Virus record (IMG/VR): IMGVR_UViG_3300046674_000362
Span: 21,482-85,481 of that record
Length of the DNA stretch: 64,000 nucleotides
Origin: a virus
Reading direction: 5' to 3' (one strand)
Positions 1 through 8,756 of the stretch are shown piece after piece. Each line of letters begins with the position of its first letter. Position 1 is the stretch's first letter. The notes below the pieces were generated by a model. It was not told the DNA's origin, did no database searches, and saw only the letters and a program-made list of their open reading frames with translations. Position numbers and translations under genes: made by a program.

Positions 1-470
1 ATGCCGCTGAAAATCTGCGTGCTGTTCAGCTTCGTGATGCCGGTCTTGCCTTCGATCTTGCGGGATATGTCGGCCGACTGCTTCGCCAGATCGCCGAGCA
101 TATCGGGCATGATCCCGGCGCTGCCGATACCCTGGAGCATGGAGGTCAGCGAGCCGGACTGAAGCATCGCGGACAGTGCTGGGGCTTTCGACTCTGCCCC
201 GGCGTTCTCGAACGGGCTATTCCAGTTCAGGGTCAGCTCGCTTGTGCCGTCCGTCATTGGCGCATGCACCTCGATCCCGTCGTCCGCCACGTACTGATCG
301 GCCACCGTGCCGTCTTTCTTGCGGCCTTGTTCCCAGCCCGAGCCGTCCGCGAGCTTGCGGACAGGGTAGAAGCGCGCCAGCAGGTGCGGCGATAGGCCGG
401 TCCAGTCGGAGCTTAGGACTTTGGTTTTGTTGCCACGGACGACAACGGTAGGGATGTTGGAATCTGCCAT
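1..470 (-). CDS. P1-like tail tube-related/baseplate structural protein (3' end runs off window)
   Basis: Read manually: ATG at 470, MADSNIPTVVVRGNKTKVLSSDWTGLSPHLLARFYP...LNWNSPFE...TGITKLNSTQIFSG; open to the window edge; preceded by late-promoter motif. Confidence 0.6.
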   Translation of the reverse strand, partial: MADSNIPTVVVRGNKTKVLSSDWTGLSPHLLARFYPVRKLADGSGWEQGRKKDGTVADQYVADDGIEVHAPMTDGTSELTLNWNSPFENAGAESKAPALSAMLQSGSLTSMLQGIGSAGIMPDMLGDLAKQSADISRKIEGKTGITKLNSTQIFSG

Positions 471-476
471 GCGCAA

Positions 477-518
477 AGTATGTGCGCGGCCCTTGCGGGC
501 GGTCCCGGCGCTTTTCCT
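477..518 (-). promoter_or_regulatory. putative late promoter AGGAAAA-N29-CATACT
   Basis: Motif copy 1 of 9; ATG 6 nt after the -10 hexamer. Confidence 0.7.
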
Positions 519-525
519 ACAGGCG

Positions 526-553
526 AAAAAAAGGCGGGGATTCCCCCGCCCTT
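526..553 (-). terminator. intrinsic terminator
   Basis: GC hairpin GGCGGGGGAATCCCCGCC followed by T7 on minus strand, downstream of the gp7-like gene. Confidence 0.7.
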
Positions 554-575
554 GGCGCTTGGTGCGCGGCCCAGG

Positions 576-1271
576 TTACAGGCCAGCCGCCTTGCGAATG
601 CGATTCGACTTGATGCGGTGCATGGTAGCCGTCGCCGAGTGCGACTTGCGGAGCATCTTGCGGATCGAGATTTTCTGCTTGGCCGACAGGCGAACATGGC
701 CGGACACGCGCTTGTTGATGCGCACCTTACGGCCGCCGCGCACGACAACCTTTTTCTTGTACACGGCATCGAACACTGCGCTGTCCGAGTCGGCGTCGAA
801 AGCGAAGGAGTCCATATCCTCGGCCGATGCTTCCTCGCCTTCCGGCAGGGCAGTCACGATCAGGTCATAGGCGCGATCCGCAGCAGCCGCACCCCAGTTG
901 TTCAGCAGGGCGTCGCAGTCGTCGTCCGAAACGCCCTTCGACAGCAGGTAGTCCCACATATTTTCGAGGACGGTATCGCAAACGGCCTGCTCGTCGTCGG
1001 TGATTTCGCCGTCCTTGTCGGCATCGGCCACGCCGACGACCATCGACATCAGGCGGTCGGCCATCGACTCGCCATCGGCCAGATCGTCGGGCGAGGTTTC
1101 CGCCCACTGCTGGATGACCGCAGCGGCCTTCAGGCGCAGATCGGCGGTGGCATAGGCCGCCGCCCCTTGCGGGGCTCCTGCACCAGTGGCGCTATCCAGC
1201 ACCGTTTTCGACTGCGAGCCCTCGGCCGACAGGCTACGCATAGCCATCGCCAGGGGGGATTGATTCATCAT
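576..1271 (-). CDS. P1 gp7-like virion/head-core protein
   Basis: Acidic body plus very basic C-terminal tail (KVRINKRVSGHVRLSAKQKISIRK), same architecture as recalled P1 gp7. Confidence 0.65.
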   Translation of the reverse strand: MMNQSPLAMAMRSLSAEGSQSKTVLDSATGAGAPQGAAAYATADLRLKAAAVIQQWAETSPDDLADGESMADRLMSMVVGVADADKDGEITDDEQAVCDTVLENMWDYLLSKGVSDDDCDALLNNWGAAAADRAYDLIVTALPEGEEASAEDMDSFAFDADSDSAVFDAVYKKKVVVRGGRKVRINKRVSGHVRLSAKQKISIRKMLRKSHSATATMHRIKSNRIRKAAGL

Positions 1272-1282
1272 TCAAGTGCTCC

Positions 1283-2908
1283 TTATCGCGAAAGGGTTTG
1301 GGTAACGGTGATTGCGCGAACCACGCCGTCGTAATGCAGGCTGTAGGTCACGTCCATACGGTCGGCCGGGCGCACCGCGTTGCGCTTTACGTCGAAGGCA
1401 TAGCCGTTGTCGCCGAGTTCCGGCTCATCCGAGGCCACCAGCCAGCCGGACGAGCGCGCAGCGTCGAAAGTCGCCTTCAGGAACTTGCGCATCTTGGCGG
1501 TGGCCGGGTCCATCGGCAGTTGCACGACTTCCTTGCCGTACTTCGCCACCATGTCGTCCAGCGATGCGCTCATTTCGGCGACGGAAATCAGCTTGCGGTA
1601 GGACGTGGAAACCTTCGCGCAGGTGAGCGAGTCGGTGAACACGTAGCGGCCGCCGCCGTTGTAGCGCTCGTAAATGACCGGGTTGATCTTCGCCAGCGCC
1701 AGATCGTTCAGCTCGGGATCGCTCGGGGTATAGAGCTGCTTGACGCCGGTACGCGCCAGCGGCCATTCCTTGCCCGCGACCGGCGTGTTCTTCGGTGCCA
1801 GCCCGTAGGCGTTGGTCTGCGCGTTTCGGGCGCAGCGCAGGCCGACGTTGTAGGCCGAGGTGCCGATGACCGCCTTGCCACCATTTACCGGGTCGTCTGA
1901 CTGCAACGGTGCCCAGTATGCTTGGCAGTAGTGCGAGTCCAGGCCGAGCTGTGCGATGAAGGCTGCGGCAGCGGCCGGGGTCAGGTTGCCCGGAATGTCG
2001 AACACGAATTGGCGATTCGCGCGCACCGCGAGCTGCCCGAGCTTCGACAGCAGCGCAGCCGCTTGAGAGCCGCCGCCCACGATGTAGGCGAAGTCGTTCG
2101 GGCTGTTCTCCAGCAGGCTGATCGCCTTGTCGTAGTTCGCGACGGTGTAGCCGGTGCCGCCTTCGGTGAACAGCACCAGCGGCGACGCGCCACTCGTTGC
2201 GATCTTGGTGGTGCCGTCGGCATTGCGGCCGTAGCAGTCGGCAGTAATCGGGATCGACGCGCCAGCGGCGACGTTGATCGTGATTTCATCGGTTTGCTTC
2301 GCGATGACGGAGCCGATGAAATAGTCCTGCCCGAAGTCGTCCACGGCGGCTGGGTCCAGCGAGCCGGTGAACTCGAACATCAGGTTGCCGTTCGGCTCGC
2401 GCACGCGCAGGGTGATGACTTTGGCCGGGGCCGAGGTCACGCCGTCCGCGCCCAGCACCTTGTCGGCCTGGACTTCGAGCTGGATGCCGTCGTTGAAGCA
2501 GCCGAGGTGCTGGAGATAGAACAGGAACGGGGCAACCGGCACGGTCGGGCTGACCGTAAATGCCGATGCGCTGCCGGTGATGTTGAACACCGCGTAGCTG
2601 TTGACTGCCGCATCGGTGACGAGGCGCGTGAGCACCAGTTCCGATGCGCCGCCGTCGAGCGCTTCGACCGCATGGACATACGCCTCGTTCAGCGCAGAAA
2701 TGCGGATCGACTCGGGCGCACCCAGGACCGACAGCCGGTTGCCGCGATTGACCTTGAACGGCGCGTCGATGCGGCCGCGACGGAAGCGGCCGATGAGGGC
2801 CGCAACCTGATCGCTTGCATCGGCGGCGAAACCATCCGTGTTGTCACGGAGCGGGTTAAGCTGGACGCCGGGTTGCGCGCCAAGTTGGCGCGTATGAGAA
2901 TAGAACAT
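1283..2908 (-). CDS. contractile tail sheath protein (P1 gp22-like)
   Basis: 541 aa; FRRGRIDAPFKV N-terminus, sheath C-terminal LALAKINPV/DSLT motifs; near the capsid gene. Confidence 0.85.
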   Translation of the reverse strand: MFYSHTRQLGAQPGVQLNPLRDNTDGFAADASDQVAALIGRFRRGRIDAPFKVNRGNRLSVLGAPESIRISALNEAYVHAVEALDGGASELVLTRLVTDAAVNSYAVFNITGSASAFTVSPTVPVAPFLFYLQHLGCFNDGIQLEVQADKVLGADGVTSAPAKVITLRVREPNGNLMFEFTGSLDPAAVDDFGQDYFIGSVIAKQTDEITINVAAGASIPITADCYGRNADGTTKIATSGASPLVLFTEGGTGYTVANYDKAISLLENSPNDFAYIVGGGSQAAALLSKLGQLAVRANRQFVFDIPGNLTPAAAAAFIAQLGLDSHYCQAYWAPLQSDDPVNGGKAVIGTSAYNVGLRCARNAQTNAYGLAPKNTPVAGKEWPLARTGVKQLYTPSDPELNDLALAKINPVIYERYNGGGRYVFTDSLTCAKVSTSYRKLISVAEMSASLDDMVAKYGKEVVQLPMDPATAKMRKFLKATFDAARSSGWLVASDEPELGDNGYAFDVKRNAVRPADRMDVTYSLHYDGVVRAITVTQTLSR

Positions 2909-2926
2909 GGGTTGCGTTCCTTCGCG

Positions 2927-3298
2927 TTATTCGACTTCGGTGACGCGCAGGGCCGGTTCTTCAGCGTCCCGGTGCGTATCGTTCAGCGACATGATCTGCT
3001 GGCAGTCCGATTCCATGCGGGTGATCTCGTCCTGATCGTTGACGGCGACGCTCACGCGCTCATGGCCTGCAACGTACTGGCCCGCGACCACGTAGGGGAT
3101 CGGCGTGTCGTTGATGATCTGGACCAGTCGCGGGAACCACGGAGCGGCCTGCTCGATGATCGTTGCGGTGCCGCCCTGCGTGCCGTCGGCTACGCCCTGC
3201 TTCGCGTCGGCGCTGTTCAGTGCCGGGTCTGCTGCGCCCTTGTCTGCCGGTTCCGTGGAACCGGCAGCAGGCGCGGTGCCTGCTGCCTTCTTTACCAT
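2927..3298 (-). CDS. hypothetical virion-operon protein
   Basis: 123 aa ORF packed between capsid and sheath genes, same strand. Confidence 0.6.
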   Translation of the reverse strand: MVKKAAGTAPAAGSTEPADKGAADPALNSADAKQGVADGTQGGTATIIEQAAPWFPRLVQIINDTPIPYVVAGQYVAGHERVSVAVNDQDEITRMESDCQQIMSLNDTHRDAEEPALRVTEVE

Positions 3299-3347
3299 TT
3301 GTTGTTACCGCCTTTCGTATAGTTTCAGGGTGATGTACCAGCCTGGA

Positions 3348-4982
3348 TTACTTCAGGTTCAGAATGGTAATCAGCGCGCAGCCCTTGGACGAGTAGCTGT
3401 GCGGGTTGGTCGCGGTGAAGCTGCGGGCATGGAAGGCGTAGCCCGACTTCATGTTTTCCTGCACGCCCAGCGCCTCGAAGGTCGGGGCCGATGCGTCGCC
3501 GAAGATGATCGGGCAGCGCGCGGTCTGCGAGCTGCGGCCGACGGCGATGATTTCCGAGGCAGTGCCATCGGCCGACTCGTTGACCACTTTCGGGCTGTAG
3601 TACACCTCGTACATGCCGAACAGGCGGCCGACGCGGTAGATGCCAGGACGTGCGGTGATACCCGACGGCTCGAACAGCTCGCGCGGCATGCCGAGGAACT
3701 GGGCGGCCACGAACTTGCCCACGTACAGGTGGGTGATGCCGTGGTCGGCGGTATCTTCGGCCATCTTCTGCGAGGCCGAGCCCAGGACCGCAGCGAAGTC
3801 CTGCCAGATTTGCGAGCGGGTTTTCTGCTGGATTTGCGCCGCGTACTGGAAGTCGTAGGTCACGGCGTTCTGGTACTTGCCGATCATCTTGACCTTGCGC
3901 AGCGCGTCATAGTGGCGCTCCATCGCGAACTGGCCGCGAACTGCCAGCATCGCCTCGGCACCGGCATCGACGCCAACTTCATTGGCGAACTGCGAGCGGG
4001 CTTCCGGGGTGATCGAGTACAGGCCACGGAACGGGTTGGCGAACAGTTGGAACATCGACGCCTGCACGGACATGCGCGGGGTGATCGAGCTGTCGGCTTC
4101 GTAGTCCACAAAGGCTTCGCAGGTGACGACGGTGCCGTTCGGGAAGGCCGGGGTCGGGGTCACGACGATTTCGCCGCTGGCGGGCTTCGCGGTGCCGCTG
4201 ATCGCGTAGTCGGTGCCGCCCAGGTTGACGGTGCCGGTCAGCGGGACGGTCGCGGCGGTGCTCGGGCCATTGACGATTTCGGTTGCGGCGCGCTGGCCGT
4301 TGACGTACACGATGGCGCGGCCGCGCAGCAGGTTCACCGGGGTGCCGGTGCCGTCGGCGCTGCCGGTGAAGGTGAACTTGTAGTTTGCGGTATCGTTCGG
4401 GGCCGACAGCTCTTTCACGCGGGCCGACGACAGGTAGCCGCCGCCAGCGGCAACGCCGTCCATGATGTCGGACAGCTTGTAGTCGCCCCAGGCGCTACCG
4501 GCGAGGTGGTTGACGACGATCAGGCGCGCTTCGTTCGAGCCCTTGTCGGCGGGCAGGTAGCCAGCGAACGGGGTTGCTTCGGCCATCGCGCCCATGATCG
4601 CGACCAGCGGCGCGTTCGGGTTAATGCCGATCTGGTCGTGGTGGCCGTTCGTCACCGAGTCGAACACCGTCGATGCTTGGTGGATCGCCGACAGGATCAG
4701 GTCGCCGGTCGGGCGGAAGCCGTGCTCACGCTCGAAGGTGGCCGCGCCGTCGAAAATCGCCTTGATGGTCTTTTCTTCGTCGGTGGTCTTGCCCAGCAGT
4801 TCGGTCAGGACGAGCGGGGCATTGGAGCCCGATTCGTTCTTGATGGCGTCCATCGCCGAATGTGCCGCTGCTGCCGAATCCAGACGCATGCCCGGCTTCG
4901 ATTCTGCGCTCATCACGTCGCTGACGAACGATTGCAGCTTTACTTCGTCAAGCTTGGTGTACTTGGGGGTAGTTCCGCTCAT
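3348..4982 (-). CDS. major capsid protein (P1 gp23-like)
   Basis: Start re-set to MSGTTPK after GAAGGAAG RBS; 544 aa; GIYRVGRLFGMYEVYYSP motif; downstream of late promoter. Confidence 0.85.
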   Translation of the reverse strand: MSGTTPKYTKLDEVKLQSFVSDVMSAESKPGMRLDSAAAAHSAMDAIKNESGSNAPLVLTELLGKTTDEEKTIKAIFDGAATFEREHGFRPTGDLILSAIHQASTVFDSVTNGHHDQIGINPNAPLVAIMGAMAEATPFAGYLPADKGSNEARLIVVNHLAGSAWGDYKLSDIMDGVAAGGGYLSSARVKELSAPNDTANYKFTFTGSADGTGTPVNLLRGRAIVYVNGQRAATEIVNGPSTAATVPLTGTVNLGGTDYAISGTAKPASGEIVVTPTPAFPNGTVVTCEAFVDYEADSSITPRMSVQASMFQLFANPFRGLYSITPEARSQFANEVGVDAGAEAMLAVRGQFAMERHYDALRKVKMIGKYQNAVTYDFQYAAQIQQKTRSQIWQDFAAVLGSASQKMAEDTADHGITHLYVGKFVAAQFLGMPRELFEPSGITARPGIYRVGRLFGMYEVYYSPKVVNESADGTASEIIAVGRSSQTARCPIIFGDASAPTFEALGVQENMKSGYAFHARSFTATNPHSYSSKGCALITILNLK

Positions 4983-5058
4983 GCTTCTTCCTTCATAAAT
5001 GGGATGTAAATTCACTTTCAACAAATGCGCGGAACCCCGCACACGAAACTGAGCCTTC

Positions 5059-5100
5059 ATTGTCAAGGCGGCGGGAGGCGGCCCGCCGCCCAGTTTTCCT
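5059..5100 (-). promoter_or_regulatory. putative late promoter AGGAAAA-N29-GACAAT
   Basis: Motif copy 2; upstream of the capsid gene. Confidence 0.7.
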
Positions 5101-5587
5101 AAGCGGCTTGCGCCGTCAGGGATGCCAGCGTTTCCCGCGCCACGCCGATTGCCTCGTCCACGGCCGCGATCCGGTCACGCAATACCTTCTCCATCTTCGG
5201 CGCGGCGGTACGAATCGACTTGGGTAGCGTTACCTTGACCTTCGCGAGCGCCGCCTGGAACTTCGCGCGGCCCTTGTTCATGGCCGCCGCGATTTCGATG
5301 ACAGCCTGTGCATGGTCGTGCTGCTCCTTCAGCGGGAACAGCTTGCCGTTGATCTTGACCTGATACACGTCGCCAGTGCTCTTGATGCCGAAGCTGACCG
5401 TTTGTGAGTCTGCGAAGCCGAATTGCACCTCGCGGTAGGACTGGCCCGCCGTGCGGCGCACCTTGGCGTCCACGTCCACGCTCGTGACGGTGGCCCCGGC
5501 TTGCGCGAAGTAGCGCTTCGCCGCCTTGATGGAGCCGTCCTTGTGCGACAGCTCGAAGAAATCGAAAATGAGTGTGTTGTTTGCCAT
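5099..5587 (-). CDS. DarA N-terminal domain protein (Hdf-like)
   Basis: FGFADSQTVSFGIKSTGDVYQVKINGK resembles the DarA_N/Hdf domain. Confidence 0.7.
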   Translation of the reverse strand: MANNTLIFDFFELSHKDGSIKAAKRYFAQAGATVTSVDVDAKVRRTAGQSYREVQFGFADSQTVSFGIKSTGDVYQVKINGKLFPLKEQHDHAQAVIEIAAAMNKGRAKFQAALAKVKVTLPKSIRTAAPKMEKVLRDRIAAVDEAIGVARETLASLTAQAA

Positions 5588-5597
5588 GCTCCCGCCT

Positions 5598-6191
5598 TTA
5601 AGTTGGTGTACCAGTAGTGCCCGAGCCCGTCGCGACGCCGCTGTGCTTGTGATCGCTGCCGATGTTCTTGCCGTTGTTCGTGACGGTGCCGCCGATGCTC
5701 GCGCCTCCAGTGCCCGTCATGCCCGCCTTGTAGGTGAAAGCGCCCTGCACCTCGACCTTGCCGGTAAAGGTGGAGTCAGCCGAATCGACCAGCACCTTTG
5801 GCGATGTCACCGTGGCCTGCTTGCTCGCGTTCACAACCGCCTCGGGCGTGTTGATCGTCACTTTTGCGCCCGCGTCGATGATGAATTCACCATCTGCCGT
5901 GAACTGGAAGTTTGCATGCTCGAATCTGCGCCAGTCGATGCCGTTTTCCTCCTGCCTGGGGCGGTAGCCGACGATGACCGGGTAGCGCGGATCGCCGCCG
6001 ACGAAGGCCAGCCAAACCCGGTCGCCGGGCTTGACGCGGATTTCCGTATGCTCGCTCTTGTCGCCGACGGGGTTGCAGAACTGCGCCTCGGGCAAGTCAG
6101 TTGCGCCATCGGTCAGGCCGGGAATCCGCACCTTCGCAATACGCGCCTCCCGGTCGATGGAATCCACTTCAGCAGGCATCAGGCCAATCAC
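5598..6191 (-). CDS. baseplate spike (P1 gp5 / gpV-like)
   Basis: OB-fold GDRVWLAFVGGDPRYPVIVG, beta-helix repeats, C-terminal HKH metal-binding tip. Confidence 0.85.
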   Translation of the reverse strand: MIGLMPAEVDSIDREARIAKVRIPGLTDGATDLPEAQFCNPVGDKSEHTEIRVKPGDRVWLAFVGGDPRYPVIVGYRPRQEENGIDWRRFEHANFQFTADGEFIIDAGAKVTINTPEAVVNASKQATVTSPKVLVDSADSTFTGKVEVQGAFTYKAGMTGTGGASIGGTVTNNGKNIGSDHKHSGVATGSGTTGTPT

Positions 6192-7066
6192 GACAGTCCT
6201 CCCAGCCAGAGGCGCGAATACTGCTTTGCGCCGCCGCCATCCACGTTGTTTTGCAGGTAGTGCGCCGCCGTCATCACGACCAGCGGCACGTTTTGGACGT
6301 TCAGGACATCCCCGGCCCGGATGCCCAGGCTTGGCATGCAGGTGATGACCTTGCGGCGCACCAGCACGCGCCCCATCAGGCCCAGCTCGCGCGTGTTCTT
6401 GCGCGAGGTGTAGGCCATCGCCTGCCCCTCGGCGCGCTGCTCGCCCATCAGAAACTTGCCGTCCGGGCCGACGGAGAAATAGACCGGGATTTCGTCACTC
6501 TCCAGAAAGCTGCTACGGATGTCCTCGGAGGCAATCGCCGCCACGCTCTGCACCGGCTCTTGTGCCAGCACGTCGCGCAGGCGCATTAAGCCGATCTTCC
6601 CCGCGCGCCAGATCAGCACCGCCGATTCCTCCTGCAACACCTTGGCAAGCTGGAAGGTCGGAACATCGCCCTTGAAGCAAGCGAAGCGCCCGATGTTGAT
6701 GTCGCCGCTGACGGCCATCGTTGCGCCGCAGGAGCGATAGATGGACGCGAAGCTGGCATTGTTCGCGATGACGGCCGCGCGCCGCCTGCGGGCCACGTTG
6801 ACCACGGATTCAGGAAATGCCGTGATCGACACGGCCGACATCGGATAGGAGCCCTGGGTGAGCCCGCCCGCGTTCTTCATCGGCTCGCACTTGATGATGC
6901 GGAAGTCGATTTCGTTCACGCGGATCACGCTGCCGTCTTGGAAGTCGCTCGCGGTTTCCGGCGTCAGGCGTATTTGCGCCTCGAACGTCAGTGGGATCGG
7001 GGCCAAGTCGTAGCGCAGGCAGGCCGACAGGACCATATCGCCGCGCAGGCCGTTCACAGAAATCAT
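6188..7066 (-). CDS. baseplate hub protein (P1 gp6-like)
   Basis: 292 aa directly upstream of the spike; LRYDLAPIPLTFE motif. Confidence 0.65.
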   Translation of the reverse strand: MISVNGLRGDMVLSACLRYDLAPIPLTFEAQIRLTPETASDFQDGSVIRVNEIDFRIIKCEPMKNAGGLTQGSYPMSAVSITAFPESVVNVARRRRAAVIANNASFASIYRSCGATMAVSGDINIGRFACFKGDVPTFQLAKVLQEESAVLIWRAGKIGLMRLRDVLAQEPVQSVAAIASEDIRSSFLESDEIPVYFSVGPDGKFLMGEQRAEGQAMAYTSRKNTRELGLMGRVLVRRKVITCMPSLGIRAGDVLNVQNVPLVVMTAAHYLQNNVDGGGAKQYSRLWLGGLS

Positions 7067-7263
7067 GGGCGTCCCTGCTGGTGCTGGCGGTATGCGTCAT
7101 GCCCGATCACGCCCTTGCAGCGGCGGCAGGCGTAATGCGACGGAGAGCGGCTATTCAGCGCGGCGAAGTCATGCTCGGCGCAGGCAGCGAGCGCGGCCTC
7201 GTTCTCCGCTGCCATTTCGGCGGCAGTGGCCTTGATGTCGGCCATATCCAGATCGACGTGCAT
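7063..7263 (-). CDS. small hypothetical protein with CxxC
   Basis: 66 aa; overlapping start/stop with both neighbours. Confidence 0.5.
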   Translation of the reverse strand: MHVDLDMADIKATAAEMAAENEAALAACAEHDFAALNSRSPSHYACRRCKGVIGHDAYRQHQQGRP

Positions 7264-7643
7264 CAGATCGACTCGGGCACCGCCGAGAAAGCGAGGCGCG
7301 GCAAGTCCACCGTTTCATACTGCCGGATGTCGCCCTCAATCGAATTCACGTCGCGGCCGTACACGTCCACGCCCTGCATGCGCGAGGCTTCGAGGGCGCG
7401 GGCGTTCTCCCGCTCGACGTACAGCATGAACAGGGGCTTGATGACGCCCCATTCGGCCGGGGCAATCGGCAGGCTGTCGTTGATGGCGGCCAGCTCGTCG
7501 GCGCTATCCGGCGCGACGCCCGACAGGTCGCCCCAGGTCGCGAACTGGCGGGCCGCCGCGACGGCCAGCTCCAGCACCTTGTCATCTTCAATGACGAGGC
7601 CGAAAACCCAGTTGACCGATACGGCCAGATCATTGAGCGTCAC
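7263..7643 (-). CDS. hypothetical structural protein (possible head-tail adaptor)
   Basis: 126 aa in tail operon; EWGVIKPLFMLYVERENA motif. Confidence 0.55.
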   Translation of the reverse strand: MTLNDLAVSVNWVFGLVIEDDKVLELAVAAARQFATWGDLSGVAPDSADELAAINDSLPIAPAEWGVIKPLFMLYVERENARALEASRMQGVDVYGRDVNSIEGDIRQYETVDLPRLAFSAVPESI

Positions 7644-7652
7644 GCCGGTTCC

Positions 7653-8141
7653 TTAGATATTGCCGGAGATTTTTTCGCCGAAGTAGTGGAAGAACAGCGT
7701 GCCGGAAATGGTCGTCACCTGCGAACGGTTCTCCCAGTCGCGGTCAGGGTTCTCGAATTGCAGGAAGCAATCCACGATGCGGCAGCCGCGCGAATGGCGC
7801 TCCAGCGTGCCCTCGTACACGGCCGCCTGGAACTTGTTGCCCTGCGCTGCAATCTGCTCGATGAAGGTTTCGAGGTCGCCGCGCACGGTTTCGTAGAACG
7901 AGACTTGGCCTTGCATTGCCGGGTTGAGCTGCTGCTGTTGCCATTGCTTGCTGCCCATCGGGGAAGCGATTTCGATTTCGCCTGCGGTCGAGAGGATCGG
8001 CCAGGGGAATTGCTTGCACAGCAGGCGCAAATGCTCGAAGCCGTCGATGACGAACATCGCGTCCGAGGAAACGGACTTGTCGCCCAGGGCTTTAACGAGC
8101 CCGTAGGATTGCGCCAGGAATGCCGGGGTGGAAACAGTCAT
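7653..8141 (-). CDS. bplB: tail tube protein (P1 BplB-like)
   Basis: 162 aa; GQVSFYETVRG and final GTLFFHY strand resemble BplB/T4 gp19-type tube. Confidence 0.75.
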   Translation of the reverse strand: MTVSTPAFLAQSYGLVKALGDKSVSSDAMFVIDGFEHLRLLCKQFPWPILSTAGEIEIASPMGSKQWQQQQLNPAMQGQVSFYETVRGDLETFIEQIAAQGNKFQAAVYEGTLERHSRGCRIVDCFLQFENPDRDWENRSQVTTISGTLFFHYFGEKISGNI

Positions 8142-8174
8142 GTATCACCTGTAAAAGTGGAGGTTCGATAACCC

Positions 8175-8216
8175 ACTTTACGGCCTGCCAGGGTAGCCCT
8201 CGGCCCGACTTTTCCT
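8175..8216 (-). promoter_or_regulatory. putative late promoter AGGAAAA-N29-TAAAGT
   Basis: Motif copy 3; upstream of the tube gene. Confidence 0.7.
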
Positions 8217-8219
8217 ATC

Positions 8220-8245
8220 AAAAAAAAAGCCCGCCGAAGCGGGCC
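8220..8245 (-). terminator. intrinsic terminator
   Basis: GCCCGCTTCGGCGGGC plus T9 on minus strand. Confidence 0.75.
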
Positions 8246-8262
8246 AAATCCATGAGGGCGCG

Positions 8263-8700
8263 TCAGAAACGCCGGGGCATTTCTCCCGATATTTTCGACA
8301 GCCTCGGGGCGAGATACGGCTGGAATTCCTCGGGGCGGGTGACGATCCGCGCGCGCTCCAGCGCATACATCGCCTTCAGCAGCAATTCGCCGTTGGTGAA
8401 GTATTCATTTTGCGGCGCGTTGATCGCGCGGCTCGCCTCCTTGTCGATGACAGCCGAGGACACAACATAGGAAATGCAATACTCCACATCGCGCCCGACG
8501 TGCTTGTTTCGGCGGCTGGTATCGAGCCCGGCATAGCAGTTTTCCGCCTCCTGCACGAGCCCGGTGACGCCGGTTTTCCTGTACGTCGCGAGCGCAGCAT
8601 CCATCGCCCGCTCGATGTTCCTGTTGCTGTCCCACGAGTCGGCCAGCGCGGGGAGGCTGGCCGCCAGCAGCGCGCCAGCCAAGATGAGCTTTTTGAACAT
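8263..8700 (-). CDS. secreted/periplasmic protein (moron-like)
   Basis: Signal peptide MFKKLILAGALLAASLPALA; AGGAGG RBS; AT-richer upstream region; own terminator. Confidence 0.75.
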   Translation of the reverse strand: MFKKLILAGALLAASLPALADSWDSNRNIERAMDAALATYRKTGVTGLVQEAENCYAGLDTSRRNKHVGRDVEYCISYVVSSAVIDKEASRAINAPQNEYFTNGELLLKAMYALERARIVTRPEEFQPYLAPRLSKISGEMPRRF

Positions 8701-8756
8701 GGTTCCTCCTGAATGGTTTGTTGCTAGTGTGACATAGTTATGTGCCAGCCTGCAAA

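Noticed and set aside
8156-8176. GGTTCGA hairpin resembling a tRNA T-arm
   Set aside because: No acceptor, D or anticodon arms; it lies in the leader of the tube gene
8539-8580. Intragenic AGGAAAA (minus strand) as another late promoter
   Set aside because: The hexamer 29 nt downstream is GAAAAC, which does not fit the -10 pattern
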